Positions 16,277 to 30,382 of a stretch of 64,000 bases of DNA are shown here, in pieces. A program made the position numbers and the translations under genes. Position 1 is the stretch's first letter, and the number at the start of each line of letters is the position of its first letter. Location of the stretch: contig NW_026515687.1 in NCBI RefSeq assembly GCF_025526975.1, positions 124,001 to 188,000 on the forward strand, in the 5' to 3' direction. Origin of the DNA: Fimicolochytrium jonesii. Lineage: Eukaryota. Below the pieces are notes generated by a model. That model was not told where the DNA came from, ran no database searches, and saw nothing but the letters and a program-made list of their open reading frames with translations.

Positions 16277-18573
16277 ACCTACGCCGACCCCAGTAACGAA
16301 TTCGGGTTGTCTACCTTTGATCACACTACGGCGCGCGCAACAGCAACAGGGACGTCTCCGATGCTGTCTGCGATGCTTAGTGACGGGTCGGGTAATGCTG
16401 ATAATGTTTATCAGCGGATCGAGACCCATTTTGGCACACTTGCACGTAAGTTACAAATGGTTCAGTTGCCTTTGTCCTCATGTAGCCGGCCACTAATGTG
16501 TGGTATTATAGAAACATGCCCCAAACGCCGCATGTACTTTACCTCCAGGGAGGATGTCGTCGCGTTTGTCAAAGAACGCTACAATCAGGCATTCATGAAG
16601 GAGTGTCACCAAACACGTTTTCGCGAGATATCGGCCTTCCATGAGGGATCCATACTTTGCGGCGCTGGCCAAAGCAAAAATGGATTAAGGTCAGCGAGAC
16701 ATGTGGGGAATGTATGCCCCTTACCTGGAATTCAAGTGGCGCAAAAAGGGGCAGAAGCTGTCTCTAGGTAAGGTGACCGGACCGTGTTCCCGCATGCATT
16801 GACACAGCGCACTCATCTATGTATTATAGACGACATTTTTGCTCCGGTTCTCCCAAATGACCCTCTCGCTATGCGGCCCGGGGCGCGGATCCACCAGTTT
16901 GTTGACAAGGCTGCATGGGCACAGAACCGGGACGGAGACCACCAGCCCACACCAACACCTGGCCCAACCCACACTACCACACCCAGCGCCATCTCAAACC
17001 CCAACATTGGCTTTGCTTTCGGCGGAGTTGACGACGGCGGCGGTGGAGTTGAAACCATGGTGGACAGCGGCGGTGGAGTTGAAATCATGGCGGACAGCGG
17101 CGGTGGCAGTGGAGTTGAAATCATGGCGGACAGCGGCGGTGGCGGTGGAGTTGAAATCATGGCAGACAGCGGCGGTGGAGTTGAAATCATGGCAGACAGC
17201 GGCAGTGGAGTCGAAACCATGGCAGACAGTGGCGGCGGTGGTGGCAGCGGCGGCGGTGGAGTTGAGGGAGTTGACAAGGACCAGGCGCGACAGATGATGA
17301 AGACTACCTATGATGAAAAGCGGCTGCTAGATTTCGTTGCGCAAATGGCAGAGACCATCAACACACTCCGCACCCAGACAGATGACTTGGCAGCTCAGCT
17401 CTCTTCGGCAGCTCAGCTCTCTTTGGCAGAGCCCAACATCGAACCAGTTGAACCCGTCGAACCCGTCGCAGCCGCCACTACTGAATCTCCTACGCACGGG
17501 CGCGTCAACAATGAAGAGCTAAACCCCGACCCCTCTGCAATGAATATAGACGTTGACGGTTGGTGGAACCGGCCGCCGGCAATGTGGAAAGGCGAGCCGT
17601 GGCCAAAGGTGGATGAAAAGCAAAAATATGCCGGTGGACCAGTGGGCTCTCGGTTGCGGCAGAAAGGAAGGAGAAGGAGACCTGAGGATACCGGCAGGGT
17701 CGTCGATCATCGAACCCGCTATCATTCGGCGGATTGTCAAAACCGATTGCTGGCTGAACGATCAAGCTGTCAACAGGTCCGTTCCCGCTTTCCCGTGCGA
17801 GTGTGTGTCATTGTTGTCACTCACTGATGCTTGTCTCTGGATATATAGGTGGTGCGCGTTGTTACAAGCCAGGTCATCACGGCGCCCAACCATTTATCCG
17901 CCACTGCTAGCCGTTGGATCCACTTGGCTCCAAAGTGTCAAAATGGCACGGACATCCAATGTCCCTATTCGGCTTGTTCCGGTAAGAAAAGTTACTTAAC
18001 CGTACCGTACTTAACTAAACTAACTTTCCTTTTTTGTTTTATGTTAAGCGGTCGATCAACGTTGCAGAGTACAACATACTGCTATTCCCATCAAACCCAG
18101 ATAATCTGCACTGGGTCCTGTTCCCAATACTTGTCGCGGTGCCGGCGCCCAAGTCCGCAAAACCCCTGGGCCCCCCTGGTTCGCCATTAACCAGACACGA
18201 AAACGTATTCCTCGTTTTATTTGACTCAAAGCCTCGCCCGAATGATGACGACTACGTTGATAAGATGGCCAATATCGGCTCCCTCTTGTGGGATTGGTAC
18301 ATTACGGCCACTGAAGCCCCGCTCAATCACACACCGACACCGACGGTTGATGCCCTCTTCACGCCTCGACAGACCGATGACCAGAACTGCGGTACATTTG
18401 TGTGCATGATGGCTGATGCCATTGCCCGTGGTGCGGTGGGTGAGGCCTCGGAATCATGGGCCGATACGCAGACCGCCGTCAATGCCCGCCATAATATCGC
18501 TCTGAGCATCGTTTTGGCGACGTTTCTTAATGATGGGGATGCTCATCAGTATATGAATGTGACGAAGTGCTAG
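16277..18573 (+). pseudogene. Multi-exon Ulp1/C48 SUMO-protease-like gene (transposon-associated type), 5' end abutting the LTR
   Basis: CWLNDQAVN (~17750), LHWVL, VLFDSK and PRQTDDQNCGTFVC give the H-D-Q-C C48 signature. GTAAG donors and frame breaks lie upstream. Confidence 0.7.
17020..17270 (+). repeat. Coding minisatellite, 27-33-bp units (GGAGTTGAAATCATGGCGGACAGCGGCGGT..)
   Basis: About 7 units encoding GGGVEIMADS repeats. Confidence 0.9.
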
Positions 18574-18737
18574 ATCTCTGGTGACTGTAGCCGTAGTCCC
18601 TTCAACAGCATCATTGTACAGCAGTAGTCAAAATGCCGTACAAACATCCGGCACAAAATGGAGGGGCTTGCCATTGACAGTGGAATGACAGGAGGGGGTG
18701 AGGAGGCCCACGCCACGCTCTGCGACTGCTTGCGCGA

Positions 18738-19085
18738 GTGACCTTGGGACGACAAACCCCCACAAACGGACATGGCGAACGTGTTATCGACGAACAAGCT
18801 CTTATTGTTCCAGCCACCGACAGGCATAACGCAAGCAATGCCGTAGAAACCTCCGCATCTTTCAACGCCGTCTGGACCGCCACCATGAATACCGACATCG
18901 GGGCCTCCAGCTTTCGCGCCGGAGGGGCCACCCACCTCGCGATACTCGGTTACGACACACTGTGGATCCAACGCTGGGGTCGCTGGTCTTCAGACGCGTT
19001 CGAACGATATATCCGCACACATCCTAGCGTTCACCTCGCGGTGCGGCAGAATTCCGCTCCTATTACCCGCCCTGTTGTATACTAG
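18738..19085 (+). pseudogene. Tyrosine recombinase C-terminal fragment (DIRS/Ngaro or Crypton type)
   Basis: SSFRAGGATHLAILG..IQRWGRWSSDAFERYIR corresponds to the (H)SxRxGGAT..GRWxSxAxxxY motif. The N-terminal part is degenerate. Confidence 0.8.
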
Positions 19086-19182
19086 ATCTATTTATCTGTG
19101 GCTCATCTCCGCCCATCTCTTCATGTATATTTGCCATTTGCTCAATACAATGCCAACCTGGCCATCTTTATCTTACATACGG

Positions 19183-19376
19183 GCACTCCCCGGCTTGACG
19201 TGCGGGGGCCAAATTTCTCCCCAAAATCCATTGATGGCTGACTAGTACAGCGTGGGGCGAAAATTGGTCCCCCGACGCGACGCACTTTCCGGTTTGACGT
19301 GCGGGGGCCGAATTTCTCCCCAAAATCCATTGATGGCTGACTAGTACAGCGTGGGGCGAAAATTGTTCCCCCGACG
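19183..19376. repeat. 99-bp two-copy tandem repeat
   Basis: gcact..ccgg.ttgacgtgcgggggcc.aatttctccccaaaatccattgatggctgactagtacagcgtggggcgaaaattg.tcccccgacg occurs at 19183 and 19282. Confidence 0.9.
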
Positions 19377-20178
19377 GCGTCGCGGCAATGCGATCTCATA
19401 TTCGCTCTACTTCACATCTGCGTATCCGGCAACTTGCCCTGGCATCTCACCTCTCATATCGCCGCCATCTTTGGGTCGGACCGCGCACGGGGCTCATTTC
19501 TCGAACGCATATCATCTCTCATATCGTCATATGCATCTCATTTACCATATCGCCGAAGTCGGGTCTCGCCGTGCGCGATCCGGCGTCGTTGGGTCCAAAG
19601 ATGTGCTGGATCATATGTATTTATTATCGTTGTTAATATACGTGTACGCCCGCGAAGGTCGCTCGCTGGCTCTTCCCAAAGGGGGGAGCCCAGTGGAGCG
19701 ATCAAACCTCTTCCCCTCTTTTCTACTCCGAAGCGCATGAACCTAGCCCTATCACAACTAGGAGCTCGGCACAGCACCCTTCTCCACCTCCTCCTACGTC
19801 GACATCTCTGCACCTCCTCCTACGCCGACATCTCTGCACCTTCCATCTCCGCACCTTCCACGCAAAAGTGGGATGTATTCCCCTTCCGTTGGCAAGATTC
19901 GCAAAGTGAAACCGGGCATTTCTCGCACTTCGCATCCACCATATCCCCTTACCCATCGCCACATATGCACACTGGCGATACCAAATACATTGCATAATTA
20001 AGCGTTTGAAGATTGTTAAACGGTTCCGGTTGACAGAACTGTGGTTGAAAGGGATGAACTTTGAGAACACTGACATGAATTTGAGATAGTGTCTGAGGCG
20101 TTTATTCTACATAGTGAGTCTAGATGTCTGAATGCTCTATATACTGAATGTCCGGGGAACAGTTACTCGGCAACGACA

Positions 20179-21273
20179 CTACTTCCTCTTCCAGACAGCC
20201 AGCTTCTCGCCATACTCCTGGCGCGTCCGACTTTCGAAAGTCTCAAGAACATCCTCCATGAAGAGTTTCTCAAACTCCGTCGACAGAAGCGAGTCGTACA
20301 CCTCCACCGACAGCGCAAACGGAGGCCCACCCTCATGGTCGCTCAACGGGTACATGTACGTGATCAAATGCCCACCGGGCGCGATGATCTCCGCCATGCG
20401 TTTGCCCCAGTCCTTGCGGAGGGTGGGCTGCAGGGCGCAGAGGAAGGTGTGGTCGTACACCACGTCGAATTTCGTGCCGAAGGGGTGTACGAAGAAGTCG
20501 CCGGCGAGGAATTGGGCTTTTTGCGGGGAGATGGATTTTTCGTCTCGGAGCTGGATAATGTTTATCGGGTAATCAGTTATATCCTCTTCTTTCCGTGCGA
20601 GTAAGCCTCGTGGTTGAACTAGTGTATGATGTTGTCAAACCTTCTCTGCTTTCTGCATCGCGACGGGCGAAAGGTCCAGTCCGAGGGCATACTCGCACCC
20701 AGGCGATTGAGCGAAGAGATGAACGTCGTATCCGCCTCCACATCTGGTGATTCATCAGGATACATCGTCAGTCAACCATCAATCATCAACCATCAACCAT
20801 CATCCGTCGACCATCAACCCAACATGAAGCATGATGCGTGTGTAAAAGAACAAGCTCGCCTTCGCATTCCTTCGCTTCGCTCACGCGAATCAAGCTTAAG
20901 CATTCTCCTCGCTATCGCTCGGATCCTCAAGCATTTCTCCTGGTCCTTATGGCCCAGTAAGCCTCGCTATCGCTCGAAAGACATACCCAGGAACGAGAAT
21001 CTTGCCCTTTGTGAGCTCGGGGTACTCGGGGGAAGCGAGTAGGGACCTGAGTGCGGGTGTTGAGGCCGCGTGGTCCCAAGGGGTCAAACCGAGGTCCCAA
21101 GCGTTCTTCCAAGTCCCAGGTCTCACCAGGGCCTCTGTGGTGTGTGTGTCGGGGGTGGGAAGATTGGTCAGTGATCGTGCTGGGAAGGTGCGGGATAGAG
21201 ATCAGGCAGACATACCGTGCAGGGTGGACCAAGCGACGGGGTCGTTTTGGTGGTGGAGAGTGTCCTGTGTCAT
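20179..21273 (-). CDS. TPMT/HOL-family SAM-dependent thiol/halide methyltransferase (multi-exon)
   Basis: Exons give W..AWDLGLTPWD, KILVPG|CGGGYDV, LGLDLSP, GDFF, VYDHTFLCAL and GGPPFALS. Confidence 0.85.
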
Positions 21274-21731
21274 GGCGGAGATCTCTGTCTGCCTCTGGGT
21301 TTGGGGTGAGATTGCGGGTCTCTCCGTTGCAGTGGTCATCAGGAAGTGGAACGAGCCGCAAGCCAAAGTTCTAAAGATTTTTGGGTGCCTTTGGGGGCCC
21401 GCGGGGGGTTGGGACCCGACGGACGCGCTTGCGAGTGAGTAATGGAATGATATGGCAATTTGGCCAAGCCGCGAGGGATGGATGAGGCAAGGGCGCAGGA
21501 ACGCGTCAAAAGGCAAGCAACTGATGAGAGTGCGCTGCCTGTATTCCCCAGATTCCCCCTCCTGTCCGAGGCCGTTATGACGTTTGCGGAACCGCAATCT
21601 TATGGAGCCACGACGTTCTCCACTCTCCACACAGCCAATACTGTAAGACCGTCTCCGCACTCGTCAGCCGCTCCAGCGTACAGTACAGTACAGTTCTTCA
21701 AGCCTCCACATCCACATGGAGGGAGTAAGAG

Positions 21732-22876
21732 ATGGAGATCCCACCTTCCATCCCCGCAGTGTCAAAGAGAATCAAAGCAAAGTCGCAACGAAAACGCACT
21801 GACGTGCAAGCCGTATTCGCCTCGCCGCCGCCATCTGTCCACGAACCCGAAACTGAACAAGCCCCTGCGCCCACTGAACCCGTCCTCGCCCCAAACACGA
21901 CGATGGCATCTTACGAGCAGCAACAACCACCGGAAAATGACGCCGACGTGGGTCCCAAACACTCTAGCTATGGCTCGGCATCTACTACTACTCGCAGCGG
22001 AAACACCGGCGGCAGCAGCGCCCTAGCCGCTGCAGCCTCTAACAGCTCCGTCGCCGCCTACAAAGCGGAGCAAGACGGTATTCTCGAACGCGCCATCGCA
22101 GCCCGATCCCCATCCCACAAAACCTCCACCAACAACGTCAACACCCGCGGTCTCACACCTCTCCAAAAGCACGTTGGATTCTGGGACCGCAACAAGGACG
22201 GTGTTATCTGGCCTTGGGAGACCTATGCTGGGTTTTACGCGCTCGGCTTCAACCCCATCATCTCTTTCACCTCCGCGCTCGCCTTCCACATCCTCCACGT
22301 CTCATACCCCACCCACGACTCATGGGTCCCCAATCCCTTGCTGCCCGTTACAATCGCCAACATCCACCGCGCGAAACATGGCAGCGACACAGAGACGTAC
22401 GACACCGCCGGCCGTTTCGTAAACGAAAAGTTCGAAAACACGTTCGAGGCTTACTCCAGCAGGCCCAAGAAGGATGGTCTCACGTTCAGCGACATCACGA
22501 CCATGTGGGGCGGCAACAGGAATGTGTTTGACTTTGTAGGCTGGAGCTTTCAGTTCTTCCTGTGGACGTTCTTGTGGGCGCTTGCGGCGGATCCGGTCAC
22601 TGGAGTCTTGAGCAAAGAGGATGTCTTGAAGCAGTATGACGGGTAAGGGTCTCCCTCCTCCGATGTCTTTTACTTATCGAACACCTACTGACATTTTTCC
22701 ATAGTACACTCTACTACGAACTCGAAGACCGCCGCAAAACCACAAAGCTGCCCTGGTACCGCGGCGGCACTGGGTTCGGTAGCCCCGCGTCCACGCCCGG
22801 AGCGACCAAAATCAAGCATACCGCGCGTAAAGTCGCTCAGGACGTCAAACAGGGCGTTGGGTTGAAGGCTCAATAG
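21732..22876 (+). CDS. Caleosin/peroxygenase (EF-hand, proline knot); intron ~22643-22703
   Basis: LQKHVGFWDRNKDGVIWPWETY..LGFN, SYPT..SWVPNP, NIHRAKHGSDT..YD..GRFV, YDGTLYY. The start could be ATG 21903. Confidence 0.9.
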
Positions 22877-23795
22877 ATGCTCTTGGTGTGGCAGAGTGGA
22901 TGAGCGCGCGGAAGGGAAGGGGAACGCGAGGGAAATACATTACTGGGAGAGGAGAGGAGGAAAGGGAGGAATGGGAATGCGCCAAAACAGGACGGGCAAG
23001 GTCTGCAGGATTGGGTGGAGAGCAGGCTCGGAGGCTTGTCGATATGGATGCACTACTTTGAAATCATATCTGTACTATATTTTTTCTTCACTCGTGCGAC
23101 CACCCCGCTTGCGAGCAGGAGGGGTCTGGCATGGCACAGCTTTTGTATCATTTACAATATGTTTTTTTTCGTATTCGAAGCGGCTAAAATGAAACACTGG
23201 GAATTGAGTGCATATCACTTGGGGAAAACACGCTGTTAAAACTGCCTACGTAATACTCGCGATCGTCAGGTCATGCACCTCCGCCCTTCCAAGCACTCAG
23301 GGCAAATATGCAGAGATCCCACCGGTACAGATGGCCATCAACCTATTGTCCGCGCGCCTAATTGAACACTTCTATGTTGGGTTGGGGGATCAACATAACT
23401 GTAGCGCCAAAGCAAACATCTTCAGGACATTCGTGCCACTCGCATCCCTTAATATTGCCATCCTGCATTCAGTTCGAGCTCCGAGGCGCTTGGTTTTCGC
23501 GCGAGATATTGTACGATTTATGGAATAGGCGGCGCCCGCACGAAACAAATCGAACGCCAGGTCTCGCTCTCGCCCACCGCGCGTTGGCGTCTCCATCGGG
23601 ACAAGTTAACTTTCTGCGTCGAAACGTGAGGGAATTTTAGGTGCGGCTCTCGATGATTTTGATTTGTCAGCTCCCATCTACACTCCCCACATCCAGGCAT
23701 CCAGGCTCTCACTAAAACCCAAAAAGCTCCCCAGCAGTCTTCTCCATCCCATCTTCCAGCCACCCAACCGCACGGCCCACTTCACCGCACAGGCC

Positions 23796-26119
<2,324 letters not shown>

Positions 26120-26577
26120 AAAGGGTTTTTCCCGACACCCGGCTTCGTCAACGATATACCTTGTTCTCTGCTGTATTAGTATGCTCAATGTAAGCTCATA
26201 TAAATATCGGGCCATGAATGATGCTGTTGGGGTTGTTGGGACACGAAGCATACCAAGAAGCCGAACTAGGAAACACTCTCTGCAAATGGACAACGGTGTT
26301 GATGTCAACTTGATGTATTGAAACCCAGAAAATGCCAAAAAATTATGTGGTGGTATCTACAAAGGTATTTGGATGAAGGAGAGGGTTGCAAAAATCCCTT
26401 CGACGCATCCCTACGATGCTGCTGTCCCATTGAAGGAAAACACAAGCATGGACGCGAACCGAACGCTGGTAAGAATGAGGCTCGTAATGATCGACACCAG
26501 AATATGCCTAAGATAACAAAGGATGCATTTCAGTATTTCGTGACCGGAATAGTGCTGCGAAAGAAAGCATCAACTAC

Positions 26578-29500
26578 TCACAGTATCGAAAACGCATTCA
26601 TGGCCGCAATCTCGTCCAAAAGTGTCGGTGGTATCTGAGCAGCGAACGGCTCGCTGAAGGTTGAAAAGTCCGGAAAGTCCGTCGGCAGGTATGACTGCAG
26701 AGATACAGCCGAGTCATACACCATCTGGCTTAGCCCTTTCGCTTTGATGTCGCCGCTAAGACTCCCATCTAATGACGATCCTCCCGTGCCCTTGTCCCCC
26801 CGGCGTTGATTAATCTCGCGATCAGAGGATCCGCCCTGTCGGCCTTTTCCCGACCCGGAAGCTCCCTCACCGGATGAGCCGCCACTCACGATCTCTCGCC
26901 ACGCACTGTCCCCACTAACTTCGCAATACAGCTCTCTCAGGATGAAGAGAGCGCTGTCCGGGTCGGACCAGTAGTTCATGTGAACCCCGAGAGCCGATAT
27001 ATAGGGGTTCTCCAGCACGCCTTCCTGCAGAACGTAGTCGATTCTGCCTCGTGGATTCAGAAGCTCCACGTCGGTCGCGTTCTCTGGTGATGGTCGGACG
27101 ATTTCGTGCATTTCGACCGACGACGCTGGCGCTGTTGCTGGCAGGGAGTCGTTGCTGTTCAGATTTGAGCCGGAGGATGCCAGTCCGGCTCCGTGAAGCT
27201 CAGCCTTGATGTCGCTCGAGGCACTCGACGCTTCTGCGGTGTAGGCCGGGGCTTTGAAGGCATTTACCATCGTTACGACCCGCCCGACATGGGCAGTAAA
27301 CCCACTAGTTATCCCCGCCGTGGTGGACGTAAGTCCCGCTCTCGCGGCTTCAAACATGCTCCGACCGCGATCTGCTATCCCCGTCCCAAGGTCCTGGATC
27401 CCGACAATGGTTCCTTTGAGCCCTCCTTTGGTATAGGGTATAGGGACGGGCTTCAATAACGCCAAGTCGCGGTTAATGACGGGCTCGATGCGGTAGGCTA
27501 CCGGATCGTGCGGGTGGAAGATGTTGTAAAGCGCCTTTACGGCAGGGCGGGCTATGCCGTCTCCGGCTAGAGAGGGTGTGGAGTTGTCGAAAGCCTGAAG
27601 TTTCTCTCCTTTTAGGAGGAGAAACAAGCCGACTGGTGATCCTACGACTGGAATAGCAAATATGTTAGCGACATTGATGAGACAATGAAACGCGGGAGCG
27701 CAAACCTTAACTAACCGAAAAGACGATCAACAGTGAAGTCGAGATGCCCATACGTCATACTGGGCCGTTCCATCATCCCCTTCACTTTGGTATCCTTCGT
27801 TTCCCCATCGCTCGCCCGGTGCAAAAATTCCGTCAAATCCACCTCAGTCGCCTTCCTAGGCGAACTCGGGGCATCCGCACTCGCTTGCTGAATCGGATTC
27901 TGCGCCTGATTGCACAGAATATCAAAGGAGAGCAGGCTTCCCAGCGAATGCCCCACGATGGAAACTTTTCCATTAAACTTTGGGTTACGTTGGATGAAGA
28001 GATGGTATATCCGGTTCAGCTCTTCTGTGACGTGCTGAATCATTTCTTGCCGATATCGTGGCGTCATGTATAGCAGCACGTCCAACACCACGTCCGACAC
28101 CAATTGCCGGATCCCGGGCACTCCATCTAACGTGATATCCTCCAGCACAGTCTCCACGTCTTTCTCGTCGTCGGCGGCGCCTTCAGCGTTTTGATCTCGA
28201 GGAGGCTTCTCCTTTCGTGCCAGACCGAACTGAATCTTTTGCCGCCATTGGACTGGTAAGATCTGCACACCTCCGTCGTCGGGAATGCTGATCAGGCCAG
28301 CTCTTTTGCTTTGCTTCAGTTGATCCTTTGCTGTCGCATATTGCTGTGACGCGTTTTTGATCGTCCGGCGGAGTAAATTACAGTCTAGAGAATAAGAAGC
28401 TTTAAGCGATGTGCATCCCGCGAAAGAGTCTAAGTTTACCGTGACATACCATGGACGAAGTTGACTGCTTCCACCCTTTCGCCCAATTTCTGACCAATCC
28501 CATGAATCACGAGCACAAGGTGGTTGATAGTTCGATCCTCATCATCCGTTTCCTTATAATCCTCAGTTTCCTGCTTTTCTTGCAGATTTTCCGCTTGCTC
28601 TCTCGTGAGGGTGCCCGTCGAGCTCCCAGGGGCGATGTCCGAAATCAACGAAGAGAGCGACACCCCGTTAGCCGCACTCAAGGCCGAATCTGTTTGTGGG
28701 GACGGCGCAGCTTCTGATTTTCCGGTAGGTTTCCCATCACCAGTCTCCTTCGCCTTTTGATTTTCCTTCTTCTTTTCCTCGGCAGCTTGCGCCTTTGTCT
28801 TTGTCCGCAGCTTTTCGACCTCATCCCATCCCCGAATCAGTCTCGTTCCCCCAATGTTCATCACGGCCCTCCCGATTTTGCTTCCAAAGTCATCTGAGAA
28901 TTGCGTCGCGGAGTGCGCCCCGTCGTAAACGATGAACTGGTTCATGTAGGGCCCAAGTAAAGCCCATCGCTAAGGTGGCAATGTACAAAATCGTGATTAG
29001 CTATCTGCGAATCAGTAATGCGCAACGATTGTAAAATAGCCCTGCGATTGTTACCTGCTCAGTCGTAGGTGGTTTGGTAGGGAACTGACCCGGCGAGGCT
29101 GCCGAGCCCGACGTTTGCCCAGACAGCCATGGTTGAAATTTCCTGATACGCAGTTTGTGAGATGAGAGACTGAAGGTGGGTCTGCGGAAGAATGATACCC
29201 TACATGTATCCATCTTCAGCCTGCCTTGAGAGATTCTCATCGCACGGAATATAGTTGCCGCCAAACGCTGCGTAGAACCACGTCCCTCGCCGAATATCGT
29301 ACGCTGGCCCATTCCAGTATACGGGGTACGTCTCCATCTTCTCAATATCCGCCTCAAACAACTGATCTTCATTGACGGGCACCATGCCGTCCGGGCCCAG
29401 CGTGATCGCGTTCTTCTCATCCCCACTTGCAGCCAGCCTCCTTTTTCTCTGAGGCTTCGTTTTCCGATATGCGACTTCCAGCTTTGCGGAGTCCTTTTCC

Positions 29501-29711
29501 GAGAAGGCCTTCCATGTTGCTGGAACCTTCTGCGTGGTGGCCGCGGACGCTACTCGAAAGGGTGAGTCGTCTCGCTTCGGAACATCGACGGCGTGAAACC
29601 AGCTGTGAGAGTAGTTTGAGTACTTTGGGAGAGTTGAAGTTCACTCAAGCCCTGGGGCCACTGCCGTACTTACCGGACTTTCAATGGTGGGCTGTGGACA
29701 TGCGTAGACAT
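26578..29711 (-). CDS. DDHD-domain phospholipase A1 (PA-PLA1/Ddl1-like, multi-exon)
   Basis: WFHAVD, PVYW.G..YDIRRGTWF, HLVLVIHGIGQ, LPVQWR, GHSLGS, GSPVG, YNIFHPHDPVAYRIEP, GRIDYVLQ, HMNYW. Confidence 0.92.
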
Positions 29712-30382
29712 GGTCGCTACGAGACCGACCTCAATTTCAGCCCTGAGCCAGCGGAAGCGGTCGTTGAGTGAGTCAAGGTAAAGCTGTTAAGAGACCTGAA
29801 GCACGGTCGGAAACGTTGTTCGAATGAAGGAGGTAGTCCACAAAAGTCGCGGAGTTCTGTACAAAGTTGTGTTCTGTGATCTGCACCAAATGACGTCGGA
29901 AATGAGGTGGTGTTGCTGGACAAAGTTCGCGGGAAAGCTTCCTCTCGTCCGTCTCTGGTTCTTTGAGTCGTTTCTGAAGTCGCTGGTATGCAAATACAGT
30001 ATTTGGTTGTGGGTGCTGTTCTGGAAGGCACTGCCACTTGTCAACTGGGGGCAGGTGCACAAGCGACTCTGGTGGAAAGTTGCCTGAAATTGCTCTCATC
30101 ACGCCGCCATCCAGGCGGATCAATGACATACCGCGCCAAGTCACGTGGACCAAGTCAAACTTCATTTGTGACATTGTCTGACTGTCAAAACACAGTTGAT
30201 TTGAGGCACTCCTCCGACCCCGCTCCGAATTCAGCGCCAGCAATATGGTCTGCATATAGTCATCATATATTTGTATCATTATTTCGAACCATACAACTAG
30301 ATTCACAAGCTGTAAACTAGCGGCGCGGGTGCCGGCATGCCTCGCTTGACGGGAAGCTTGAAAAGGAGAGCGGCAATCTAAT

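Noticed and set aside
16813..17277. Proline-rich 154-aa minus-strand ORF
   Set aside because: Antisense shadow of the Gly-rich minisatellite.
18570..19089. CTAGATCT at 18570 and 19082 as a target-site duplication around the YR fragment
   Set aside because: Only 8 bp, both overlapping stop codons, and the enclosed piece is an internal gene fragment without termini.
19183..19376. CRISPR-like array (also 674-853 and 17020-17270)
   Set aside because: These are contiguous tandem copies without unique spacers, and there are no cas genes.
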